Source: a virus. From it: a DNA stretch of 64,000 nt. Shown one piece after another: positions 8,365 to 16,482 of the stretch. The stretch's first letter is position 1, and the number at the start of each line of letters is the position of its first letter. A program made the translations under genes and the position numbers. The stretch lies in the IMG/VR virus record IMGVR_UViG_3300025282_000024; one strand, written 5' to 3'. The notes under the pieces are model-generated. The model was given only the letters and a program-made list of their open reading frames with translations, made no database searches and had not been told where the DNA came from.

Positions 8365-9951
8365 TTATCCTTTTAGTAACCATAGAAACTCTTTCATTTT
8401 TTCTTTTTCATCGATAGCTTGTTCAAACAGCTCTGTTTTTCGAGGTTTTTGCATTCCTGGTATTCTAGAATCAATATGAGTTTTATTTGTCATTATACAA
8501 TTTATAAACGCTTTTTTATACTCTATCTCTCTTTTATTTTCAATAAGTACCGTATCTCTTACCCAACAACCAATTGCACATGCCATAATTAAATCATCAT
8601 TATAACCTCTTTGTGCTTCTGGCTTACCGTTCCTCCAAATAAAAGTATCTAACTCATTAATTAGCCTTCTAGAATAAATAGTCAACATTTTGTTTCTTAT
8701 ATATTCTTCGAACTTAGCAACAATTAAGGGCCTTGTTTTCAAAGAAGTGGTAAATCCGGCAATTGCAGAAGAGTGAGTTTCGGCTTGGTATTGATCAATA
8801 TAATCATGAGAAGATTTAATCGAGTGATATAAATTTGGATATTCCTTATCTTTTAATTTATCCAACACTGCATAGCCAACGCTATTATTTTCTACCACCA
8901 CCATCGCATTTCCGTATTCTCGGCCCGCGCTGAAAACTATCTCCGAAAACAAATCAAGTGTTACTTTCCCCTGATATTCAGCAATAATTTCCATAGTTTC
9001 TAACTTAAAAATATGAAAAGTGCTTGAATCTGCGCCATCTCCGCGAGCCACATCTGCTACCAATAAATAAGAATTTCCAGGCTGCGCCTCTTCCCAGATC
9101 CAATAGTTCCGATCAAGCCCTGTTCTGTATTTTGGCTCCTGAATATTCTTTTTTAAGTATTGTATATCTCCACCATCAATAACGGTTTCACCAGACGTAT
9201 TGAAATTACATTCATACTCTTGAGCAATTTGTCGCTTGCTCATATTTTTAGTTTCAGTTTCAAACCACTCTTGATCTCTATCCGGATGTATATCCCAATT
9301 AAGCTTTATTGGAAAAAATTCATTTTGGCCAGCTTCAGCTTTAATATACGCGTCGTGAAACCAGTCACCCACGCCATTTGGCGTCGAAAGAGCCACGCAT
9401 CGACCACCTGTAGAAATTGTGGGGTAAAGACCAGTCCACAATTCAGATAAGTTGTCGATATGTGCTGCCTCATCAATAACCAATAACGACAATGATTCTG
9501 AGCGGCCGGCATCGCCGGATGTTGAAGATGCTTTTACTTGAGACCCATTACTTAATTCAAAGGAATTTTTGTTATCAACATCAATACTAGCAATCTTTAA
9601 CCAGTCAGGCAAGTGTTTAATAATTCCCTTAACTTTTCGCACAAGATTTGCAGCTGTATTTAATTTTGTCGCCACAACAAGAACATTTTTATCGCGATGG
9701 AATAACAGCATCCAGGCAACATAAGCACCCACAATTGTAGAGATACCTAACTGTCTTGCCTTAAGAATAACTGTAAATCGGTAATCATTAAAGTCATTTA
9801 AAAGGGCATCTTGGTAATCATATGTTTTAAACGGGATCAGGCCATGGCCAGGGTGTGGTATTTTTGCGTAGTTTCTTATGAAGTATCGTGAATCTTTGCC
9901 ACACTTTACCACTTCTTTTAATATTTCTTTCTTTGTTAATTTGTATCCCAT
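8365..9951 (-). CDS. gp17: Terminase large subunit (T4 gp17-like)
   Basis: Walker A LKARQLGIST, Walker B LVIDEAA, STPNG coupling motif, and nuclease motifs ADVARGDGADSS and NDDLIMA. Confidence 0.97.
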   Translation of the reverse strand: MGYKLTKKEILKEVVKCGKDSRYFIRNYAKIPHPGHGLIPFKTYDYQDALLNDFNDYRFTVILKARQLGISTIVGAYVAWMLLFHRDKNVLVVATKLNTAANLVRKVKGIIKHLPDWLKIASIDVDNKNSFELSNGSQVKASSTSGDAGRSESLSLLVIDEAAHIDNLSELWTGLYPTISTGGRCVALSTPNGVGDWFHDAYIKAEAGQNEFFPIKLNWDIHPDRDQEWFETETKNMSKRQIAQEYECNFNTSGETVIDGGDIQYLKKNIQEPKYRTGLDRNYWIWEEAQPGNSYLLVADVARGDGADSSTFHIFKLETMEIIAEYQGKVTLDLFSEIVFSAGREYGNAMVVVENNSVGYAVLDKLKDKEYPNLYHSIKSSHDYIDQYQAETHSSAIAGFTTSLKTRPLIVAKFEEYIRNKMLTIYSRRLINELDTFIWRNGKPEAQRGYNDDLIMACAIGCWVRDTVLIENKREIEYKKAFINCIMTNKTHIDSRIPGMQKPRKTELFEQAIDEKEKMKEFLWLLKG

Positions 9952-10511
9952 TATACCTTAACATTACTAGACTTTTTTGCTCCAGAATATTTTGGTTTAC
10001 CAGTTTGAAGCCACTTTTCAACAGCAGCTCTAAGCTTATCTTCTGCTTCTCCGGGGGAATTAACGCCTACGGCCTCTGTGTCTTTAAGGCCACCAATAGT
10101 ATAAACTTTCTTAGCCTGACACCAAGTCCTGATCTTAGACATATTTTGTAAAAGAACATCACAGGGCCCATCAGCCTTTAATGTCAAAGCGTCGCCAGTA
10201 ATTTTCTTATACTCTTTCTTTAAAAACTTAGCGATGTCAGCATAGGTCTGCTCAATTTCGCTATCCAGTTTGGTGTTGTGAAAAGACTTTATTGGCAACT
10301 CTGATTGATAAGTAACAATAAGTTTGGGGCCTGAGATACGCACCTTAAAACCATCGATTACCCTGGAGTCATTAATGGCACAACCATTTTCACGGGCAAG
10401 ACCGACTGGTTTATCTTCACCATCCACCACAAATCTTTTATCATGTGAGCCATCGTAAGCGTTGGCTGCAGCCTGATTTATTCCTTTTATAATTTCGTAT
10501 ACAGATGCCAT
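9951..10511 (-). CDS. Hypothetical protein, 186 aa
   Basis: Stop codon overlaps the terminase start (TAATG coupling). Confidence 0.75.
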   Translation of the reverse strand: MASVYEIIKGINQAAANAYDGSHDKRFVVDGEDKPVGLARENGCAINDSRVIDGFKVRISGPKLIVTYQSELPIKSFHNTKLDSEIEQTYADIAKFLKKEYKKITGDALTLKADGPCDVLLQNMSKIRTWCQAKKVYTIGGLKDTEAVGVNSPGEAEDKLRAAVEKWLQTGKPKYSGAKKSSNVKV

Positions 10512-10514
10512 TAT

Positions 10515-10838
10515 TTATTGCTCCTTTTGTATGGGTTCTGATTTTAGGCCAGCCGATTCAAGTGCATGCTTGATATCGTCTAGGGAAACATGCGACTTAT
10601 TTTTAAATGCACTTTCAATAACCGACAGTATCTTCGCCTTGTCTTCTTCTGGTAATGTTAAAGTTCTAAGGTCAGCCGGTGGCTCATCTTTTGTTTCAAT
10701 GTCTTTTGTTTTATCTTCAATCGGAGGAGGCCATGGCTTTTCCTGTGACTCTTCTTCTTCTGTTTCCTCTACATTTTCATGTAGAAAATAGCGGGGGTCA
10801 ATCCGTCTTGTGTTTTTTCTAATCACGCGTATTTTCAT
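10515..10838 (-). CDS. Hypothetical protein, 107 aa
   Basis: SD GGAG upstream; overlaps the previous gene. Confidence 0.65.
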   Translation of the reverse strand: MKIRVIRKNTRRIDPRYFLHENVEETEEEESQEKPWPPPIEDKTKDIETKDEPPADLRTLTLPEEDKAKILSVIESAFKNKSHVSLDDIKHALESAGLKSEPIQKEQ

Positions 10839-11214
10839 TTTTTGGTCTCCATCCGTCTAGCCACCGCTCTTCATTAAATTCAACATATTGAATATAACAA
10901 TTAAAGCAGCAATCAAACTTGTTCATATATAAATCGTCTTTTAACTTAAAAGAATATATTCCACATCCAGAACACTTTCTTTTATTTTCCTTAGTAATTA
11001 GATTCTTTGAAAGGAAAAAGCCGTCTTTTTCAACTTTCTCTTTTTGTGCATCTTTTTTATAAAACTTCTTAACTTCCTCAAGATATTCTTTTTCTTTTTC
11101 GTCAGTCCAAAAAGACTTGGGGTTAACAATTGTTTCTGCACCATATTTCTTAACCATGGCCTTTTCAATTCGTGCTATTTTATTTAAATCTTCTTCGTCT
11201 GCCACAACTGCCAA
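10819..11214 (-). CDS. Hypothetical protein with a probable Zn finger (start uncertain: TTG 11214 or GTG 11205)
   Basis: CSGC...CCFNC cysteine pattern. Confidence 0.7.
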   Translation of the reverse strand: MAVVADEEDLNKIARIEKAMVKKYGAETIVNPKSFWTDEKEKEYLEEVKKFYKKDAQKEKVEKDGFFLSKNLITKENKRKCSGCGIYSFKLKDDLYMNKFDCCFNCYIQYVEFNEERWLDGWRPKNENTRD

Positions 11215-11266
11215 CCCGGGTTGAAAACGTACTTATATTATAAGTTATAAAACAAATATTTTTAAC

Positions 11267-11297
11267 AAAAAAAAGGAGGGAGACAAGCTCCCTCCTT
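11267..11297 (-). terminator. Rho-independent terminator after the 940-aa fibre gene
   Basis: Minus strand reads AAGGAGGGAG-CTTGT-CTCCCTCCTT followed by a T run. Confidence 0.9.
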
Positions 11298-11317
11298 CCC
11301 AAGAAAAAGTAAATTAA

Positions 11318-14140
11318 TTACTTCTTGTTAATCTTGGCTTGAAGAGCTTTAATCTGTGCAGATTGCTCTTGAATTGCAGAAACAAGTACTGCAGTCAAGC
11401 GACCGTAATCCACACCGAACATGCCTTCTTCAGTACCATGAACAGCTCCTGGAATGACATCCTTCATATCCTGAGCCAAGAAACCGAAGTCTCTCTGACC
11501 ATCTTCCTTCCATGTGAAGTCGACAGCTTTAAGAGAATTAACAGTTTTGAGGGCATTTCGCATAGGCGAAACCTCTGACTTAAGTCTTTCATCCGAGAAG
11601 GTTACGAATGCCGAGGCGCGAATCTTGTTGATATTATTCGTGCCGGCGCTGCCGTTTCCAACATCAATCGCATAGTCAGTAGTGGCGTCTCCACCCATAC
11701 GAACAGTCTCAGTGCCACCATCTTTGATGATTAGCGCATTCTCAGATGCATCCCAAAGGACCTGATCATTTGCGTTAGTACCATAAAATATAACGTCTAG
11801 GCCGGAAGTGCTTGCACCGACTGTAACACGACCAGACAGCTGAGTGGCACCAGACACGTCAAGTGCACCATTAATATCAACTGTTGTACAATCCATATTA
11901 ATATCAGTTGTAGCCGCAAGATCAAGATCTGCAGCCGATGAAGCTTTAATGTATTGACTTGAGTCATTAAACTGAATCGCCATTGTGGAATTCAAGAGAA
12001 GACCAGTGTCAGCAACGTGAGTTAGGCTGACATCAGAATCAGCGCCAAAACCAAGCTTCGCACCATCTGAGTCTAACTCTAAGTCGTCACCAACATACAA
12101 GTCTGCAGCCACAGAAGCACCACCAGCAACGGTAAGAGCGCCTGACGTGGTACTAGAAGCCGCTGTAGTAGCAGTAATTGCAACTTGCTGTGAAGAGTCA
12201 ATTGTCATGGCAGTCGTTGTACCGTGCGCTGCACCAACACCGATCTCAAGCTTATCAGTACCATCATCAAGACCGATACGATAATCCTGAGCATTGCCGT
12301 CGAATACCAAGAAAGTATCTTCGGCGCCTGCATCACCAATGGTGAGCTTCGGCGTCGTGCCCTTAACGATAACGCCGGCTGCGCCGACATTCATATCAAT
12401 GCTTCCATCAGAAGTAAGATCAAGCGCGCCGTCAGCACCAGAATTGATGCCGACTCCGGAATCTCTGAATGTAATCGCCATGGCGCCATTCAGAAGAAGG
12501 CCCGTATCAGCAACGTGAGTGAACGAAACATCTTTATCTGCACCGAAGTTAAGAATTGCGCCGTCAGATAAGAGATCCAAATCATCACCGATAACAGCAC
12601 TCTTAACAACACTCAAACCGCCGTCAGTCTGTAAAGAACCGTCAGTTGTAGAAGTGGCTTCAGTTGTGTCGTCAGTTTTGAGTACGCCCCCTGACGTGGT
12701 GGCGCCTTGAACTACAAGAGTCGATGCGAGCGTGCAAGCGCCAGAACCAGAAATAGTGGTTGCCTTTAATGTAGACTGCGAAGCCGCTCCGATGGCAGTA
12801 CCATCGATAGCGCCAGAGTCAATATTGACATTGGTCATTGCTTCATCAGAGAAGTTGACAGCACCTGCCTGCTCATAAGCGCCAAGCTTGGTAACAGTCA
12901 AAGTATCAGTTGCAAAAGTAAAATCCGAATCGTCAATAAGAAGCCCGTTTGTGCTAGCAAATGGAACTCGACCGCTTGTTAAACTATCAGCAGTAAAAGT
13001 TGAGGCACGCAAGTCGTAAGCTCCAATATCAATATCAGCGGTCGCGGTAATCCCAGCCGTTGTAAGGGCCGTAATAGTTTGCGAAGTGGCTGTACCACCC
13101 ACAACACCATTAATAGCAGGAGCTGTTAAAGTCTTGTTGGTAAGAGTCTGCGTGTGGGCGTTAAACGTGAACTCATCAGCGCCGGTGAGCAATGGAAGCG
13201 TAACCGTTCTATCAGCAGTAAGTTCGCTGCCCGCAAACACATACTGATGATCAGAGGAGGCGTCATTGATTTGAGGTGTGGTTAATACGGGACTCGTTAG
13301 AGTTTTATTGGTAAGAGTCTGTGTACTTGTAGTTCCCACGAGCGGGACCAGAGTACCTACGATACCAACTTCCCAGAGATCCGTGGTCTCGTTCCACTGT
13401 AAAAGGGCGTCGGTCGAGCCATCACGGCCAACTTGGATACCAGAGTTTGCGCCGGCAGCTGCCGAACCATCGCTGTAGTTAAGCTGCATGATCGGATCTT
13501 CTACCTGTACAATTGAAGTGTCAAGAGTAGTTGTGGTACCTTGAACGGTAAGATCACCAGTAAGAGTCAAGCCAGTGAACTGAGGACTGTCGCCAGTTCC
13601 TACGCCCATACTTGTTCGAGCGGTTGCGCCACTTTCGTAAGCAAAAGCTCCAGCGCCGGTTGCAACGATGAATTCCCCATCAACACTTGCTGCGCCTAGA
13701 GTATTTAGATCTTCGAGAACTCCGTTGACATTGACTGTAAGGGTCTGACTGCCAGCGACGGTCGTGAGGCCGGTTCCTCCTGCGATATCGAAGGTCTGGC
13801 TATCAAGGTCGACGGCGCCCGTTCCGGAATCGCCTTGGAAGTCGAGGTCTGAATCTCCGACCTTGGAATCGACGTAAGCTTTAATTGATTGTTGTGTCGC
13901 AAGAGCGGTGGCAGAATCGGACGACATATTGTCCTGGTCAAGAACGGACGTGACTTCGGTTGAGCTATTAAGGTTAATTGCGGGGGTTAAGATACCCACG
14001 AGCGTTCTTACACGTTCGCTGGCGTCAGAGCCTGTGAGATAGATAGAGCCACTAGTGGCCGGGGCGGTGTTAGAATCACCATCGTAGTTTTGTAGGTCAA
14101 TATATGGACCATATTGGGTAACAGATGCGGGACTAGACAT
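11318..14140 (-). CDS. Trimeric fibre/spike protein with C-terminal peptidase S74 intramolecular chaperone, 940 aa
   Basis: G/T/S/A/D-rich repeats (TQTLTNKTLT x2; GDDL.L.SDGA.L.FGAD.DVS.THVADTGLLLN x2). C-terminus FSDERLK...FTWK...GFLAQD...VDYGRLTAVLVSAIQE plus a coiled coil. Confidence 0.9.
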   Translation of the reverse strand: MSSPASVTQYGPYIDLQNYDGDSNTAPATSGSIYLTGSDASERVRTLVGILTPAINLNSSTEVTSVLDQDNMSSDSATALATQQSIKAYVDSKVGDSDLDFQGDSGTGAVDLDSQTFDIAGGTGLTTVAGSQTLTVNVNGVLEDLNTLGAASVDGEFIVATGAGAFAYESGATARTSMGVGTGDSPQFTGLTLTGDLTVQGTTTTLDTSIVQVEDPIMQLNYSDGSAAAGANSGIQVGRDGSTDALLQWNETTDLWEVGIVGTLVPLVGTTSTQTLTNKTLTSPVLTTPQINDASSDHQYVFAGSELTADRTVTLPLLTGADEFTFNAHTQTLTNKTLTAPAINGVVGGTATSQTITALTTAGITATADIDIGAYDLRASTFTADSLTSGRVPFASTNGLLIDDSDFTFATDTLTVTKLGAYEQAGAVNFSDEAMTNVNIDSGAIDGTAIGAASQSTLKATTISGSGACTLASTLVVQGATTSGGVLKTDDTTEATSTTDGSLQTDGGLSVVKSAVIGDDLDLLSDGAILNFGADKDVSFTHVADTGLLLNGAMAITFRDSGVGINSGADGALDLTSDGSIDMNVGAAGVIVKGTTPKLTIGDAGAEDTFLVFDGNAQDYRIGLDDGTDKLEIGVGAAHGTTTAMTIDSSQQVAITATTAASSTTSGALTVAGGASVAADLYVGDDLELDSDGAKLGFGADSDVSLTHVADTGLLLNSTMAIQFNDSSQYIKASSAADLDLAATTDINMDCTTVDINGALDVSGATQLSGRVTVGASTSGLDVIFYGTNANDQVLWDASENALIIKDGGTETVRMGGDATTDYAIDVGNGSAGTNNINKIRASAFVTFSDERLKSEVSPMRNALKTVNSLKAVDFTWKEDGQRDFGFLAQDMKDVIPGAVHGTEEGMFGVDYGRLTAVLVSAIQEQSAQIKALQAKINKK

Positions 14141-14265
14141 AATTTAATTTCCTCCTTTGGTAGTTATGTTTATCATCTTCTCTAGAATATAAAGAAGTGC
14201 ATTTTATTTCCACAATCAATAAAGATTATGGAAAGCCCCACTCATATTGGTTGGGTGGGAGCAGC
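14141..14265 (-). promoter_or_regulatory. Structured 5' leader (2-3 hairpins) of the 940-aa fibre gene
   Basis: Stems at 14235-14262 and 14207-14234 (UUUCCAUAAUC/GAUUGUGGAAA), a weaker one at about 14174-14199, then SD AAGGAGG. Confidence 0.5.
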
Positions 14266-14273
14266 ATAACTAG
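14266..14273 (-). promoter_or_regulatory. Candidate late promoter motif CTAGTTAT, flanked by 10-bp direct repeats
   Basis: TGCTGCTCCC-TAGTTA-TGCTGCTCCC on the minus strand (14257-14282). Confidence 0.5.
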
Positions 14274-14302
14274 GGAGCAGCACCTCGTTTTTACTAAAAA
14301 TA

Positions 14303-15229
14303 TTAATTATTTTTTTTATTAATTAATTTATTTTTTAGATCCGCAACTGTCGTCTGTAGGCTAAGTATTTCTTCTTGTTGGGCTTTCACTGCCTCGACAA
14401 GAACTGGAACTAATTTGGTGTAGTCCATCCCATGAGCCTCTATATTTTCTTTTTTCCACTCAACAATCTCTGGCATATGCTTGCCAACATCTTCTGCAAT
14501 AAAGCCAATATCTTTTCTATTATTACTCTTCCAGTTAAATGTAACGCCCTCAATCTTGCCTAGGATATCAATTGGGCTCTCGATCTTAGATATATTATTT
14601 TTAAGAGCAACAGAGGAATAAGTTACAAACGCGTTGGCCTTTATTCTCCCTGTTTCATCTGCGGTGTCTGGAAGTGTGATTCCATGACTAACGCTAGCGC
14701 GGCTTAAATTACCTATGCCCAGCATTCCAGGCATTAATACTTTTGATGCTTGTAATTGGAGGCCCGTATTTGACCCAGAAATAATAAGATAGTCAGAAGA
14801 CGCCTCGTCGTATGTTATATAAGCATCAGCGTTTGTTCCAAAATTTATTTTTACATCGTCGGCTACTTTTAAATTAGAGCCATCGTAAGTAAAAGTTGAG
14901 ATGGCACCAAATTGACCATTATTATTAAACTGTAATTGAGTGTCTGCGCCGGCTGGTGTGTGAGAGGCAGTTAATTGAGACACCTGAATTTTTTTAACAT
15001 TGTTCGAATCATTGGCGTCTGCGAGTAAAAGCAAATCAGTCCCACCAACAGTGATATTGGTGCCATCGGTAGCGTCGTTAATATCGACCGCCAATGTTAT
15101 ATCACCGCGAGAGCCCCCACCAGATAAGCCATTACCAGCAGTAATAGCTGTGATATCGCCCTCGCCTTGCGCTGTTTTAGTTATGATGCGCATTAGCTGA
15201 TCCATTGATAAATTAGCTGGCCTAGGCAT
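14303..15229 (-). CDS. Short fibre protein with C-terminal peptidase S74 chaperone, 308 aa
   Basis: GDITAITAGNGLSGGG and PAGADTQLQFNNNG fibre motifs; YSSVALK...FNWK...GFIAED...MDYTKLVPVLVEAVK. Confidence 0.85.
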   Translation of the reverse strand: MPRPANLSMDQLMRIITKTAQGEGDITAITAGNGLSGGGSRGDITLAVDINDATDGTNITVGGTDLLLLADANDSNNVKKIQVSQLTASHTPAGADTQLQFNNNGQFGAISTFTYDGSNLKVADDVKINFGTNADAYITYDEASSDYLIISGSNTGLQLQASKVLMPGMLGIGNLSRASVSHGITLPDTADETGRIKANAFVTYSSVALKNNISKIESPIDILGKIEGVTFNWKSNNRKDIGFIAEDVGKHMPEIVEWKKENIEAHGMDYTKLVPVLVEAVKAQQEEILSLQTTVADLKNKLINKKNN

Positions 15230-15235
15230 CTTATT

Positions 15236-15700
15236 TTACTCCTGTGGTCTCACGGCATAAACAACCGCTATAGTTAGTGCGATTCCAACAATAATGCCCC
15301 CGGCAGTCCACCAAATTGTATAGTCGCGCTTTTTGGCAGCAATCTCAGTCAAGCGTTCAATTTCTTTATTTTTAATCCCAAGTAGTGTTTTATGTTTTTC
15401 CTGTAGTGAGGCATAAGTAACTTTTTGAGTCTCTATAATTAATTGCAGGCGGGCGGTTTCTTTTGCTAGTTCATATTTCAGCTTAAGCTGCCATTGCTTT
15501 TCAGAAAAGTTTCTATTTGTCAAGAGGCTAGCCGCGGCAATACTATTTAAAAGCACCCCAGAATAGGGAGCAGGCTGTTTATATCTCAATCCTGTTATTC
15601 TTCCTTTGGGGGGAAGCAACGGTGTTACCTCTGCAAAAACAATCGTCGGGACAAAAGTCACACAAATCATTAAAAATAAAACTAGTAACTTATTCAACAT
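15236..15700 (-). CDS. Envelope protein with signal peptide, coiled coil and C-terminal TM (possible spanin component)
   Basis: Hydrophobic N-terminus ending VFA-EV; C-terminal WWTAGGIIVGIALTIAVVYAV; follows the holin-like and i-spanin-like genes. Confidence 0.5.
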   Translation of the reverse strand: MLNKLLVLFLMICVTFVPTIVFAEVTPLLPPKGRITGLRYKQPAPYSGVLLNSIAAASLLTNRNFSEKQWQLKLKYELAKETARLQLIIETQKVTYASLQEKHKTLLGIKNKEIERLTEIAAKKRDYTIWWTAGGIIVGIALTIAVVYAVRPQE

Positions 15701-16109
15701 ATTCTAGCCCATATTTCTCTGCTAAAAGTTTTGCCAGCTCATCTGGCTTCTCATCATATTTTTCTACAAGATTTTTAATTTCTTTTTTCTTTTCTTTATC
15801 CAACTCTAGATTGTCTTTCTTATACTTCTCTTCTAAGTCGGTAACTATTTTGCCATAGTTTTCCAGAATTTTATCTTTTTTCTTGGTTTCTTGATCGTGA
15901 ATATCGTTAATGGCATCTATTTGTTTTTTATAGCTTTCGGTGCGCGTTTCTAAAACTTTCATCGCATCGTCTTTTCTTCTAAAGAATATCCACAGAACTA
16001 TAGTGTATATAACAATTAATGGAGCTTTCCAATTATGTTTAAGCCATGCCCAACATTTCTTTAAAAAAGTTTTTATGGCCAACCAACTCATTATTTGCCG
16101 TGCCTCCAT
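15690..16109 (-). CDS. Protein with N-terminal TM and charged coiled coil (i-spanin-like)
   Basis: APLIVIYTIVLWIFF followed by a K/E/D-rich helix; overlaps both neighbours. The real start may be the second Met. Confidence 0.5.
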   Translation of the reverse strand: MEARQIMSWLAIKTFLKKCWAWLKHNWKAPLIVIYTIVLWIFFRRKDDAMKVLETRTESYKKQIDAINDIHDQETKKKDKILENYGKIVTDLEEKYKKDNLELDKEKKKEIKNLVEKYDEKPDELAKLLAEKYGLEYVE

Positions 16110-16285
16110 CGAGTTGCAATATCTGCAAGACCTTCAATCCCAATATATGCTAAAGAAATGGCAACCCAATCTTCGCTAGCTAGTGAATCTCCAAATATCA
16201 TTAAGCACGTGGCAGTCACCCAAACCATGAGCTTTCTGGATAGTAATTTATTTAGCCCTTTATCAATAATTTGTTTAGTCATCAT
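16091..16285 (-). CDS. Holin-like small protein with two TM segments, 64 aa
   Basis: KLLSRKLMVW motif, two TM segments, YIGIEGLAD and a basic tail. Confidence 0.6.
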   Translation of the reverse strand: MMTKQIIDKGLNKLLSRKLMVWVTATCLMIFGDSLASEDWVAISLAYIGIEGLADIATRWRHGK

Positions 16286-16296
16286 AATACACCTCT

Positions 16297-16473
16297 TTAT
16301 GTTGTTACCGTGTAGGCCGGTGTCGTTATTTTACCTTTTATGGTGGGGGCTCCAACGTTATTCAAAAAAAACGGCACCTGCTTTACGCTGATGTCGTGAT
16401 CATTATTATTAGTAAGGTTTAGAATCTTATTAATAGTAAAAGTGGAACTAACTTTTTTATTTGGTTGTGCCAT
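16297..16473 (-). CDS. Small ORF, 58 aa, below the ORF-track cutoff
   Basis: SD AGGAG then ATG at 16473; MAQPNKKVSSTFTINKILNLTNNNDHDISVKQVPFFLNNVGAPTIKGKITTPAYTVTT; fills an otherwise ~200-nt gap. Confidence 0.7.
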   Translation of the reverse strand: MAQPNKKVSSTFTINKILNLTNNNDHDISVKQVPFFLNNVGAPTIKGKITTPAYTVTT

Positions 16474-16482
16474 AGTTTTCTC

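Noticed and set aside
11237-11268. TATAAT as a sigma70 promoter for the 131-aa gene
   Set aside because: No acceptable -35 box at 16-18 nt spacing, no extended -10 TG, and the context is very AT-rich.
16429-16436. CTATTAAT as another late-promoter copy
   Set aside because: It deviates from the consensus and lies inside the 58-aa ORF.
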